A DNA stretch of 64,000 nucleotides, taken from positions 1,762 to 65,761 of the IMG/VR virus record IMGVR_UViG_3300049332_000001, one strand, 5' to 3'. Below the pieces are notes generated by a model that made no database searches, had not been told where the DNA came from, and saw nothing but the letters and a program-made list of their open reading frames with translations. How positions within the stretch are numbered: the first letter of the stretch is position 1; every line of letters starts with the position of its first letter. The DNA is from a virus (taxonomy: Duplodnaviria; Caudoviricetes). A program made the position numbers and the translations under genes. Below are positions 17,798 to 27,015 of the stretch, in pieces.

Positions 17798-17879
17798 TTT
17801 TCAAGTAACTTGTGGCGGAAAAGTTACGGAGCTAAGTTGAGCTTGACTTGTAATACGTAGTTGTAGTACAAGACACTGC

Positions 17880-18338
17880 ATGGGTAGAGGTCACGGCATC
17901 GGTGTTAAACGAAATGACTATCATCGTCGCAACCGACGTCGAAATATCTCAACATGGAGCACAAGTGCAGGAGTAAACTATCCCGCCCCAAAAGAGAGCG
18001 CCGAGAGACCTGTTACCACTAAAGACTTTACCGTTGATTCTAGGTATTCTGGTTTCAATGAGAACATCTGGACACAGGGTCAGCGTACTCTTTCAGGGGA
18101 AACGGATCAGGACGAGGACTGGAAGCCCGAATACTTTATTGCTACAAGCAGCCTCGATCCTCAACGATTCCTTCACATCGGCCCCTTCTCAAGATCTGAT
18201 GAAATTAAGCGTCAACGATTTGGAGATAATCCAAATGATAATTGGTGGTTATGGAAAATACGTGAACGCGTAAGCGCTCAAAGTCGACACGAATTTCTTC
18301 CTACTGTAAAGAAGTATAGTAGACCAATTACATATTAA
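17880..18338 (+). CDS. hypothetical protein in AT-richer insertion
   Basis: 152 aa ORF opposite to the late operon. Confidence 0.55.
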   Translation: MGRGHGIGVKRNDYHRRNRRRNISTWSTSAGVNYPAPKESAERPVTTKDFTVDSRYSGFNENIWTQGQRTLSGETDQDEDWKPEYFIATSSLDPQRFLHIGPFSRSDEIKRQRFGDNPNDNWWLWKIRERVSAQSRHEFLPTVKKYSRPITY

Positions 18339-18757
18339 TGAGGTCGATCAATTCACGAACGTTTCTCTATTTTAGCAAGAGTGGGCGAATCACCAAGGTT
18401 GTACATTCCCAACGCGGACGCGGTTTGAAAACCATGGGAGGCTCAACCGACACTTTATTTAGAAGGGTTTCATCGGTTATCGGTGCTGACTTACATGAAT
18501 ACGAGGACGCGGTTCAAATTATCTGCGCGGCGCTTCTTGAGGGCCATCTAACTTGGCAACAGTTCGTTACCCATAAGACGACGGTCTTGAATGAGACTAA
18601 GAGGATTATGGTATACAGCGGTTTAACGGCAGATCTGAGACTCCTAAGCACTGATCAGGCAGTCTATGCCGAAAGCCTTAGTGATATTGTGCCTTCCTCT
18701 GGATTGGCAGAGTGGGGCTTTAGAAAGCGAAGAAAAGTTGAAAAAGCAGATTACTAA
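18338..18757 (+). CDS. hypothetical protein in AT-richer insertion
   Basis: TAATG coupling to the previous ORF. Confidence 0.55.
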   Translation: MRSINSRTFLYFSKSGRITKVVHSQRGRGLKTMGGSTDTLFRRVSSVIGADLHEYEDAVQIICAALLEGHLTWQQFVTHKTTVLNETKRIMVYSGLTADLRLLSTDQAVYAESLSDIVPSSGLAEWGFRKRRKVEKADY

Positions 18758-18878
18758 AAATCAGTATCACTGCCGCTGCGAACGCTGCTCATACGAATGG
18801 GTAAGCCGCAAAGGTATCCCGGTAATCTGCCCAAACAAACGCTGCCACAGTCCACGCTGGAATGAGCCTCTGCGCTAG
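18738..18878 (+). CDS. small Zn-finger protein
   Basis: CERC.YEW......P.ICP..RCHSPRW. Confidence 0.6.
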   Translation: MKKQITKNQYHCRCERCSYEWVSRKGIPVICPNKRCHSPRWNEPLR

Positions 18879-20674
18879 ACCACATTCACCCGCACCGCTG
18901 CCACGCCACACGGCGACTGAAACGTGATTGTGCGGCTCTGCCGTTTGACCCTGACGCTAAACTGTTTAACCGTGCTGGTTGGACCGGCATTCCAGACCAG
19001 CGGCGACACTGTTACCTGTCCATCGCTGCCAGTGACTCGCACTTCTGTTGGACCGCTTAGATCCCGCAGCGTCACGGCAATTGTTCCAGTGCTGTTCCTG
19101 CGGATTGACACTGACGCTGGCGCCGAGATGGTGCAGGGGACTGTTGGCGGTGGTTGCGGCGTTGGTGCAGGCGTCGTGCTCGGCTCAGTCTGCGTCAACC
19201 GCTCCCAAGCACTCCCTGTCCACTTGTACCAGAAGTTGTCAGTCCCAAACACATAGACGATCTGTGCCAGGTACTTGTACACCGAGCCCTCACCGCCACC
19301 TGCCTGCACGCCGTCACGAAGCGTCTGCCGTGTGCCGCCAATCGTCCATGTTGCTCGGGTAGCATCAACGATGGTGGTTGCCTTGGTGCCGTCAGGACTA
19401 GGCTCAGGCAGTGGGGCCGGTGGAGGCACAGGCACTGGTACTGGTGCTGGTACCGGAGATGGAACCGGCGTCCCACCCGTCCACGCCAGGTACGACGCCA
19501 CTCGCCGTGCATGCTGGTTGTAGTTCTTTGGCGTGCCATCCATCATCGCGCGCACTCCATCACTGCCGCCGTAAGCCGCGTCCCACAGCTCGTCACCTGC
19601 CGCCTTGAAGAATGGATCGCCTGATAGCTGAAACGCCTTGCCGAATGCGGGCAGGATGGTAGAAATCGCCTGCCGCGTGCTTGGCAGCCACCATGCTTCC
19701 AGCGCCGTCCACGGGAACACGATGTCTCCCTTCTCGTAGCGTGTCGGGTTGACTGACGTGCCGCCGTGATAGAAGTAGTGGAAGCCGCGTATGCGCTTGC
19801 CTGAAACCTGCTCGATCTGGTCCTTGATGTACGGGCCGTCGCTGTACAGGTGCCGACAACCGCGCGTGATCTGGCTCTTGACGTTCTCTTTAACGGCAAC
19901 ATTGCCGGTTAGCTCGTACACGTCGCACAACGCCGCCAGCAGCAGCCCCACCATAAACGGCTGCATCACGCCGACCAGCGAGCCACCATCATCGTCAAGC
20001 CAGTCGTCATTCCAAACCCATGCGCCATCTGCGCGTTGCGTACGCCCGAAGTATTGGACTGCGGCTGACTCGACGTCTGCAAGGTACTGCGCTCGCAGTT
20101 GTGCGCCGTTGGTTGCCGTGCCGCCTGCTGTTAGCGGAAACGAGTCAGGCAGCGCCTTTGCCAGCCACGTTGCGTAGTGCAGCGTGAATGCGCCTTCGCG
20201 CAGGTCGTATAGCGCGGAGTTCAGGCGCCGCAGCACGTAGATGTCAAAGAAGTAGCGAGTGTAGGAATTGATCCAATCCCATAGCTCGGGCCTGCCGTCT
20301 TCCGCCCGAAGGGTTAATCCGGCTATGCCTGCATGGCGTGGTGGAGGGGCCGCGTTATCTTCACCCTGTGGCGGCGGTAGCCATGCGCGTACCTTGCCTT
20401 CACCAATCCACGACTGCTGCTGCCACCACGCGTCGGCACACTTGCGTGCCAGAGTTTGAAACGCCGTATCGCCCGTGCGCGCGTAGGCAATGTACTCGCT
20501 GAGAGGCAGGTCGTAGTAGTTGAGCAGCACAAAGTTGTCTGCGCCTGCTTCATCTGTCGGCGGCGTCACGGGGCACGCGGCGCCATGCTCCCGCGCCTTC
20601 GCAGCCTGTATCTGGTCGAACCAACTGCTGCCGATTGGGGTAAGTGGGCCAGTGATGAATTCTGCTGCTGACAT
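18875..20674 (-). CDS. modular protein: helical (alpha/alpha toroid-like) domain, Pro linker, beta domain, Ig-like domain; putative polysaccharide-active enzyme
   Basis: YARTGD, QPFMVGLLLAALCDVYELTG, PVPSPVPAPVPVPVPPPAP linker; SD AAGGAG. Confidence 0.5.
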   Translation of the reverse strand: MSAAEFITGPLTPIGSSWFDQIQAAKAREHGAACPVTPPTDEAGADNFVLLNYYDLPLSEYIAYARTGDTAFQTLARKCADAWWQQQSWIGEGKVRAWLPPPQGEDNAAPPPRHAGIAGLTLRAEDGRPELWDWINSYTRYFFDIYVLRRLNSALYDLREGAFTLHYATWLAKALPDSFPLTAGGTATNGAQLRAQYLADVESAAVQYFGRTQRADGAWVWNDDWLDDDGGSLVGVMQPFMVGLLLAALCDVYELTGNVAVKENVKSQITRGCRHLYSDGPYIKDQIEQVSGKRIRGFHYFYHGGTSVNPTRYEKGDIVFPWTALEAWWLPSTRQAISTILPAFGKAFQLSGDPFFKAAGDELWDAAYGGSDGVRAMMDGTPKNYNQHARRVASYLAWTGGTPVPSPVPAPVPVPVPPPAPLPEPSPDGTKATTIVDATRATWTIGGTRQTLRDGVQAGGGEGSVYKYLAQIVYVFGTDNFWYKWTGSAWERLTQTEPSTTPAPTPQPPPTVPCTISAPASVSIRRNSTGTIAVTLRDLSGPTEVRVTGSDGQVTVSPLVWNAGPTSTVKQFSVRVKRQSRTITFQSPCGVAAVRVNVV

Positions 20675-20797
20675 GGCTGAGTGCTCCTTGAGTGGAAAGT
20701 TAAGTTACTGCGCCGCTTTAAGCAATCGTAAAATAGGCTTTGATTGCACCATCTGGAATTTAGCAAATATCACACCGCCGAACGAGTGGTGGACGCA

Positions 20798-21574
20798 CTA
20801 AAGGAGCGTAACGCTAAGCGACGGATACTCGTTCAGCAAGTACCCGTACATCCTGTTCAACGTGGAATTATCCAACAGCGAATTGCAGTGAATGATTTCC
20901 GCAATATCACCATTGTAGAAATCACCCGCCGTTGGTCCCCGCCCAATTCTGGTCAGGTGAACACCATTCCAGTTGTCATCACCGATCACCAGGTTGCTCT
21001 CAACTTGAGGGCCATCGAAAAAGAGTTGGTACGTCTCACCAAACGAACCACCGTCATCGCGGCGGATCGCCAGCACGTGGAATCCAGCAGAGGCGGAGGT
21101 CGCAAATATTTTGCGCTCACCAAACCCTCGAGAAAAGTACTCGAAGTCTCGCGGGGTTCCTCCGTTGCTGTACCCAGTTATGAATGATGGCCCGCCTTCC
21201 AAGGCAGCATGGTCCCCGGAAAATATATAGCCAGTTCCCGATGTCCGTTTAGTACAAACAACGAACATAGTATTGTTCTCGCCATAAGTGAAGGCGGAGC
21301 CTGTCGGCGTGAGGACATCATCCGTCGCGAAACGTACAACCGCCTTACCGTCGAGGATACCAGACTTGAACGTAGGTCGCGCAGAACCTGCGGCACCGTA
21401 ATCTTTCCCGCCAGCGGCCAAGTCTTCCCATAACGCAACTGGATCACCATCGCTCAGCGATAACGAATTAGCCTTCAGCCAAAAGTCAGTTGTTGGTTCA
21501 TTCAACGGGCTTAAGAATGGTGCATCGCCAACCAGATTCTTCATTGCGAGCAATGCCTGATGTATCGCTCCCAT
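20798..21574 (-). CDS. LamG/concanavalin-like tail-associated protein
   Basis: FWLKANSL...DGDPVALWEDL...RPTF...FYNGDIAEII; start by TAATG overlap. Confidence 0.65.
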   Translation of the reverse strand: MGAIHQALLAMKNLVGDAPFLSPLNEPTTDFWLKANSLSLSDGDPVALWEDLAAGGKDYGAAGSARPTFKSGILDGKAVVRFATDDVLTPTGSAFTYGENNTMFVVCTKRTSGTGYIFSGDHAALEGGPSFITGYSNGGTPRDFEYFSRGFGERKIFATSASAGFHVLAIRRDDGGSFGETYQLFFDGPQVESNLVIGDDNWNGVHLTRIGRGPTAGDFYNGDIAEIIHCNSLLDNSTLNRMYGYLLNEYPSLSVTLL

Positions 21575-22428
21575 TACGACAACCCCGTTCCCGAGATTAG
21601 CCACTCGGTTGTAGTTATCTTCAGAGCGGTTGCTATACCATTTGCCGCTAGCGAGCGCGTTCCAGTAGTTCCGTCCTCTGCCCAAGTAAGGGTATCGGTA
21701 GTTATAGCGATGCTGAGGACGTTGATCTTGTTGACGAATGTAATCGCAGTTCCGAGGGCAAACGGTACGCTCCCATTTGCCGGGATCGTAAAGGTACGCG
21801 CATTGTTGTCTCCGACTGGATGAAACAGGTGCTTGGCCCTGTCAGCAATGACCGCCGTGTAATCGGCTGATTGCGAATTCTGCGGGATGTTCAGGTAGCC
21901 GACTTCCGTAGCGGCAGCATCGTCAGGCAATGTGAGGTTAGAGTCCTGAATCAGTTTGCCAGTGGTGGTGTTGTAACGTGCAACTGCGTTATCCGTGGCT
22001 GAGGCTGGCCCAACGACGTCGCCGCTTCCACTGGGTGGCACTGCAAACGTTCCATCAGCTTTTAGAAACCTGCCCGCAGCCGCATCTCCTGCTGCTGGCG
22101 CTGGCACTAAGCCCTTGGTTCCCCCTGACCCTGAGTCACCCACAACAGCGTTGAGAATTGCCGTCGCTTGCGTAGCAGTAAGGTCTGTTGGATCACCCGT
22201 GCCCGCACCCGCCGCACGGCCCTTGATGGTTGCTTGGGCCATATCTGCCAACTTGGCATTAGTAATGGAACCGTCAGGAACGGAAGCAGTACCAAGGTTG
22301 CCTATTTGGACCTTCTTTGACGATCCTTCCGGGCTATCAGTGGTATCTGATACGTCAATCGTGGTAACGAAATCCGTTGCCGCTGGCGTTGTATCCTCTG
22401 GTAGATCTACAATTTTCTCGTTAGGCAT
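21574..22428 (-). CDS. tail fibre protein
   Basis: DGSITNAKLADMA, GLVPAPAAG, YLNIPQNSQSADYT, EWLISGTGLS fibre-type motifs. Confidence 0.7.
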   Translation of the reverse strand: MPNEKIVDLPEDTTPAATDFVTTIDVSDTTDSPEGSSKKVQIGNLGTASVPDGSITNAKLADMAQATIKGRAAGAGTGDPTDLTATQATAILNAVVGDSGSGGTKGLVPAPAAGDAAAGRFLKADGTFAVPPSGSGDVVGPASATDNAVARYNTTTGKLIQDSNLTLPDDAAATEVGYLNIPQNSQSADYTAVIADRAKHLFHPVGDNNARTFTIPANGSVPFALGTAITFVNKINVLSIAITTDTLTWAEDGTTGTRSLAANGIATALKITTTEWLISGTGLS

Positions 22429-25400
22429 CTTGCTTCTCCAAAATGTTACCCGCTTGTGTCAGGTATAAAAACCCATCCTGCTTGGCAAGCCCGTTTAGCG
22501 TTCCAAAACCCACGATGATCGAAGCCGTCACCGCCGTCGAGCAGCCCCATTGGTTACAAGCCACAGCTTCCACCGTGTACAACCCGTCAACACTTGCCAG
22601 CAACTCAAACACGCCCTTGTTGTCTTCGTTGGGCGGCAGTGCGGAGTTGATTGATTCATCGACTGCGACACCGCCACGTAGGGTGAGCCTGATCTTCGCA
22701 TACATTCCCGCTCGATAGATCGTCTCTCCGAAAATGACGCCGCCACGGATTGAAGTAATCCCTGCTGTCCCGTCAGTGGCTTGCGTCAGCCCATCAGGTG
22801 GAAAGCCAGCCTCATCAAACGCGACGTTTGGCGGCGGGGACTCAAAGTTGGTTAGCCCGGACGGGATCAGCAAACCCGCAGGCTCAGCCACCAGATCGCT
22901 GAGTTGCAACCGTGAATACTTACGCGCCACAAACGACACTGTAAACTCGTTAGTGATTTCAATATCTTCCAGCCTGACTAGCTGGTTTCTAAACGGTCCT
23001 GAATCATCCGACACGCAGCATACGTCGCCTTCGTCAAGCAAGAGCGCGTCGCCCGTTGAACCCCACTCGAAGAAGTGATCGCCGTCACGCAGCTTGTTTA
23101 GCAGGCCGTTGGACAGTCGTGCCGATTGGTTGTAGTTGTCAACTGACGTGTGATCTACCTCAAACGTGTTTACCTTGCGCGTCTTGCGCTGGTGGTTGAA
23201 ATCGTTGACCGTAATCGGCTGCTTGCCAAAGTCCCTGACTGATTCGCGATATTCTGCCTTAATCTGATTAACCAGCGACTGCCGCGAAGCATCAGGCCAG
23301 CCAAAGGTGCCGTCAAGAATGTTGGCGCGAGTAGTATCGGCATAAGCCAGCGCCTTCCCGGCAAACGACTTCATCACGCGCGTGATTTCAGTCTCTGCGC
23401 CGTGGGCCTCGTCAAGCGCTGAAGCAAGAGTCAGCACGCCAAGCTTGGCCTTAATTGTAACCACGTTGGTTACAGCATGCGCTTCCACGTAGGTGCTGAT
23501 TTCGGGTGTCGCGTTGATCACGCAGGCTACGCGATGCCCGATGGTTGCACCGGTTTCGTTGTCGAGCAGGGTCAGGACGCAATCAACGCTGTCGATGGTT
23601 ACAGTAATCGTCGCAGCCTCGCTCAACGAGCCTGTGATTGTCACCGTAGCCGACGATTGAACCGTGGGTGAACCTCCGACAAGCGTTGCGCTGGAAGCTA
23701 CAGCCACAGGCCCGCCTGACGCAGAAGCGGCTAGCGTGATGCTGTCTCCTAAGTCAGAGTATGCTGCCGCCGTCACCGCGCGCACTTCGGAGATCTCACT
23801 GGTGATTTGCACCCACGTTACCGGACTATCATCAGCAAGCTGCCAAACAGTGTCGCTGTCACGTTGCAGGGCGTACTTGCCGACGTCTGCGGCAACCAGG
23901 TCCGTTGCGCCCTCACGCGTGGTAGCGGTGTCATAGATGAAGGTAATGTGCCGGTCAAGATGCACCTTGCCTTCCAGCAGGTATGGCGAACCAAGCGTGT
24001 TCTTCCACGGCAGCACGTCGTTGACCGTCAGTGTTGTTGCGCCTGTGGTTGCCTCCACACGCAGCTTTGTCCAGTCTGCCGGACGCTCGCTGTCGATGAT
24101 TGTCTGCCCCTTGATGTTCCAGCGCAGAAACCCGCGAAAGGTAGGGAAGATGCGGTCATACAGCGCATCAACGGCCTTCTGCACTTCGGAGAACTCAATG
24201 TTACACGTGAAACGCTTGCGATAAACAGTGAGCGCGTCTAACGATGTCGGCGGGGTTGCAGGGTCAAAGAACTCGTAGTCACACTCGCGCGCGGGCACGC
24301 CTGCGGGTATCTGGGTGCGCGTTGGCTCAAACGATGCCGGGGTTAGTAGTCCGGTGGAGCTGTAGCGCTTGTAGTCGATACCTGCTTTAGACGTCTCAGT
24401 GTCAGGCAGCAGGCAGCGCTCGGCGTTGGACTCGTCTCGTATTGCACCACAGTTGTACGCTGCCGCATAAGCACTTAGGTAATCGTCAATTGAGTCAGGG
24501 TCATTGTTCATCAACGCGGGCTCAGTGAGAATAAATCGCGCATGGTCAACAGGGTTGTCGGTCCAGTCCTGACCGGGGCAGCCTGTCGGCGTGATGCGCA
24601 TGGAGGCCCACAAGCGAGAGACTTGCTCTGCTGTAGCCGCGACGCCGTTAAACAGCGCCAGCCGCGAGGCTCCCTGACTTTGCCAGACTGGCCCAAAGGC
24701 AAAGTTGGGCGTGTAGCCAAACCGCCACGGTGAGTTATTGAAGTCGGGGAAAACTATCTCGCCAGTGAAGGCTTGCGAGTCTCTGAGGCAGCCCTGCACG
24801 TACAGGTAGATCGCATTGCCGTCGTAGACGAACACAATCAGGTAAGGCGTGCCGTCTTCCACGATTGGCCCGTAGGATAGCTGCCCTGTTCCGCCACCTA
24901 TGGCGCCATTACCAAAGGACACGAAGATGGTGTCAGAGCCCAGCCCCAGTCCAAACGACAGCCCAAACGGCACACCGCCTGCCGTGTCTGTGCCGCGATT
25001 CAGGATGTACGACTGTGGTACATGCGAGGTCATGCGTCCAATTGCAACCCATGTTTGCACGCCACGCAGGTCCAGTGAGCCACCAGACGGAGCATGTAGA
25101 AACCCTATTGGGCCACTAACAAAGCGAGACGCGGAGTCAGTCTCAACGGGAACCTCAGGCGTGCTGATGTCCAATACCGCAAAGCTGCCGCTACCGCTAA
25201 CGGCGTCAATGTACCAAGCATGGTTGCCGTTGCCGCTGGAATCAGTCATTCCTCCCGGAGGCGCTGGGTAAACATTGCCCAGAGACGATTCCTCGGTCTT
25301 GAAATATACTTCCGGCGTGCCCCATTCAAAGAGAGCCGCATCAAAACTCGCCGCTGGATTGGCTGGCGCACTCACACTCGAGCCCGCCGCACTTACGCCG

Positions 25401-26599
25401 CCTGTGCCTGCCGCCAGCTTCCCTGTGCCATCGTGATCTACGTCGAAGTAGATCTGGTCAGGCACCGTGCCTGCGACTATGGCGGCAATCTCCGGGGCCG
25501 CGTCTTCAGATTCGATGTCTGAGCCATTGCAGTAGCCGGTTGTGTACGCCAGTCGCGAAAAGAATCCATGCTGCGGGAATACCGTGTCGGCAGTCTGTGA
25601 GCCGTCACCGCCATACTCGCCAAGATGCTTGGTGACGCCAATGGGCTGAGTGAAGTTTAGCGAGAGCGTGCGAATGTTGATGAAGTCGCTAATCTTCCCG
25701 CGACACGCTGCCATCAGGAAGTTGATTGACGTGCCAATGTCCTGATACTGAAGCGGCAACAGCGTCTTGTACCAGCGGCCAAAGATTAGCGGAATAGGAT
25801 TGCCGTAAGGCGTGCCATCATGCAGCGAGTTGTTGACTGACGTCTGCCGGCGACTGATGCCCGGCAGGATGTTGAGGATCTTCTTGAAGAAGCTTTCATT
25901 CGACTTGTGAACGAATGAGGACTGAATCTGAATTAGCGTCTGGCCCTGGAAGAATTCAGTGTTCTCATAGTCAGTACAGTTACCGCCTTCCAGCTTGTTG
26001 CAGATTGTCGCTGCTTGATACGCTGCCGACTTCTCGCTTAACAGCTCAGTGCCTAAGCACTCCGGCCCCTTGAATTCCAACGGACACGAAGCCTGGAACA
26101 GTCGCGGTGGAATGCGCGCCTCAATCGTGCCCATGTCAGGCTTGGCAGCGATTGTTCCTGTCTTGCGATTAAACCCGTCAGGCTTTTGACAACGACCTAC
26201 AAACAGCACACCTGAGTTAGTTAGGATCGTACTGCTGTTGCCAATGGCGACCGCCACCGAGCGCGATACCATTCGCACCACCAGCCGCATCTGCTCGACT
26301 TCGTTGTGGCGCACGAAGTCAGCCATGTAGCGTGAGACGTTTGAGAAGCGGATGGAGACTGAGTTGAATTCCTTGCCTGTGGTCTTCCTGAGCGATGGGC
26401 CTTGCAGCACTTCGCGGCGATAAACCATTGGCCCAAAAGGCAAGGTGAACGAGACGCCTGAAAATGTTTCTACTGCATCGCGGGGATCGAAGTGCGTGCC
26501 GACTGGTTGATAATCTGCGGTGTATAGCTCGAAGAGATAGACCAGATCGCGGTCACGCGCTTCCAGTACCGCTTGCAGTTGTGCGCCAACAGTTTGCAT
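22421..26599 (-). CDS. tail tip / central fibre (host specificity J-like) with internal LamG-like domain
   Basis: 1392 aa after the distal-tail-like gene; CPLEFKGPEC, PIPLIFG, VNQIKAEYRE, LDEGDV. Confidence 0.75.
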   Translation of the reverse strand: MQTVGAQLQAVLEARDRDLVYLFELYTADYQPVGTHFDPRDAVETFSGVSFTLPFGPMVYRREVLQGPSLRKTTGKEFNSVSIRFSNVSRYMADFVRHNEVEQMRLVVRMVSRSVAVAIGNSSTILTNSGVLFVGRCQKPDGFNRKTGTIAAKPDMGTIEARIPPRLFQASCPLEFKGPECLGTELLSEKSAAYQAATICNKLEGGNCTDYENTEFFQGQTLIQIQSSFVHKSNESFFKKILNILPGISRRQTSVNNSLHDGTPYGNPIPLIFGRWYKTLLPLQYQDIGTSINFLMAACRGKISDFINIRTLSLNFTQPIGVTKHLGEYGGDGSQTADTVFPQHGFFSRLAYTTGYCNGSDIESEDAAPEIAAIVAGTVPDQIYFDVDHDGTGKLAAGTGGVSAAGSSVSAPANPAASFDAALFEWGTPEVYFKTEESSLGNVYPAPPGGMTDSSGNGNHAWYIDAVSGSGSFAVLDISTPEVPVETDSASRFVSGPIGFLHAPSGGSLDLRGVQTWVAIGRMTSHVPQSYILNRGTDTAGGVPFGLSFGLGLGSDTIFVSFGNGAIGGGTGQLSYGPIVEDGTPYLIVFVYDGNAIYLYVQGCLRDSQAFTGEIVFPDFNNSPWRFGYTPNFAFGPVWQSQGASRLALFNGVAATAEQVSRLWASMRITPTGCPGQDWTDNPVDHARFILTEPALMNNDPDSIDDYLSAYAAAYNCGAIRDESNAERCLLPDTETSKAGIDYKRYSSTGLLTPASFEPTRTQIPAGVPARECDYEFFDPATPPTSLDALTVYRKRFTCNIEFSEVQKAVDALYDRIFPTFRGFLRWNIKGQTIIDSERPADWTKLRVEATTGATTLTVNDVLPWKNTLGSPYLLEGKVHLDRHITFIYDTATTREGATDLVAADVGKYALQRDSDTVWQLADDSPVTWVQITSEISEVRAVTAAAYSDLGDSITLAASASGGPVAVASSATLVGGSPTVQSSATVTITGSLSEAATITVTIDSVDCVLTLLDNETGATIGHRVACVINATPEISTYVEAHAVTNVVTIKAKLGVLTLASALDEAHGAETEITRVMKSFAGKALAYADTTRANILDGTFGWPDASRQSLVNQIKAEYRESVRDFGKQPITVNDFNHQRKTRKVNTFEVDHTSVDNYNQSARLSNGLLNKLRDGDHFFEWGSTGDALLLDEGDVCCVSDDSGPFRNQLVRLEDIEITNEFTVSFVARKYSRLQLSDLVAEPAGLLIPSGLTNFESPPPNVAFDEAGFPPDGLTQATDGTAGITSIRGGVIFGETIYRAGMYAKIRLTLRGGVAVDESINSALPPNEDNKGVFELLASVDGLYTVEAVACNQWGCSTAVTASIIVGFGTLNGLAKQDGFLYLTQAGNILEKQDA

Positions 26600-27013
26600 C
26601 TAGCTTGGATACTTTCCAATGACTACGCGGCGGTTTTGAATGAGCAGCACGCCGTTGACATCGGCATGGTTCTTCTCGTAGCTGATGAAGCGGCAGCCTG
26701 TGACGGTTGCGCCCTCCGTGCCGGTCCACGGATGATCGCGTGGCTCGATGAACGTGAAGGTCACGTTAATGCCATGCGCGTCCCAGAAGGTGTCAAGAAT
26801 GTTGGCGTCTTCATCGCTTAGACCATCGTAGATAAGCTCGTACTCTTGGAGCGTGTTTGCCGCAGATGTGTTGGTGTCGATGCCTCCGTCCTCAAAATTT
26901 ACAATCACAGTAGCCTTGGCCCAGTCCTTACGATGCTTGACGTACTTCAGGTAAATCGGCCCAGTGTCATAAGCACTGCTATGGAGTGGCGTGGGGTACG
27001 TTGCTTCCGGCAT
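26600..27013 (-). CDS. distal/minor tail protein
   Basis: follows TMP; YELIYDGLS...LDTFW..HG...FTF. Confidence 0.65.
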   Translation of the reverse strand: MPEATYPTPLHSSAYDTGPIYLKYVKHRKDWAKATVIVNFEDGGIDTNTSAANTLQEYELIYDGLSDEDANILDTFWDAHGINVTFTFIEPRDHPWTGTEGATVTGCRFISYEKNHADVNGVLLIQNRRVVIGKYPS

Positions 27014-27015
27014 CG

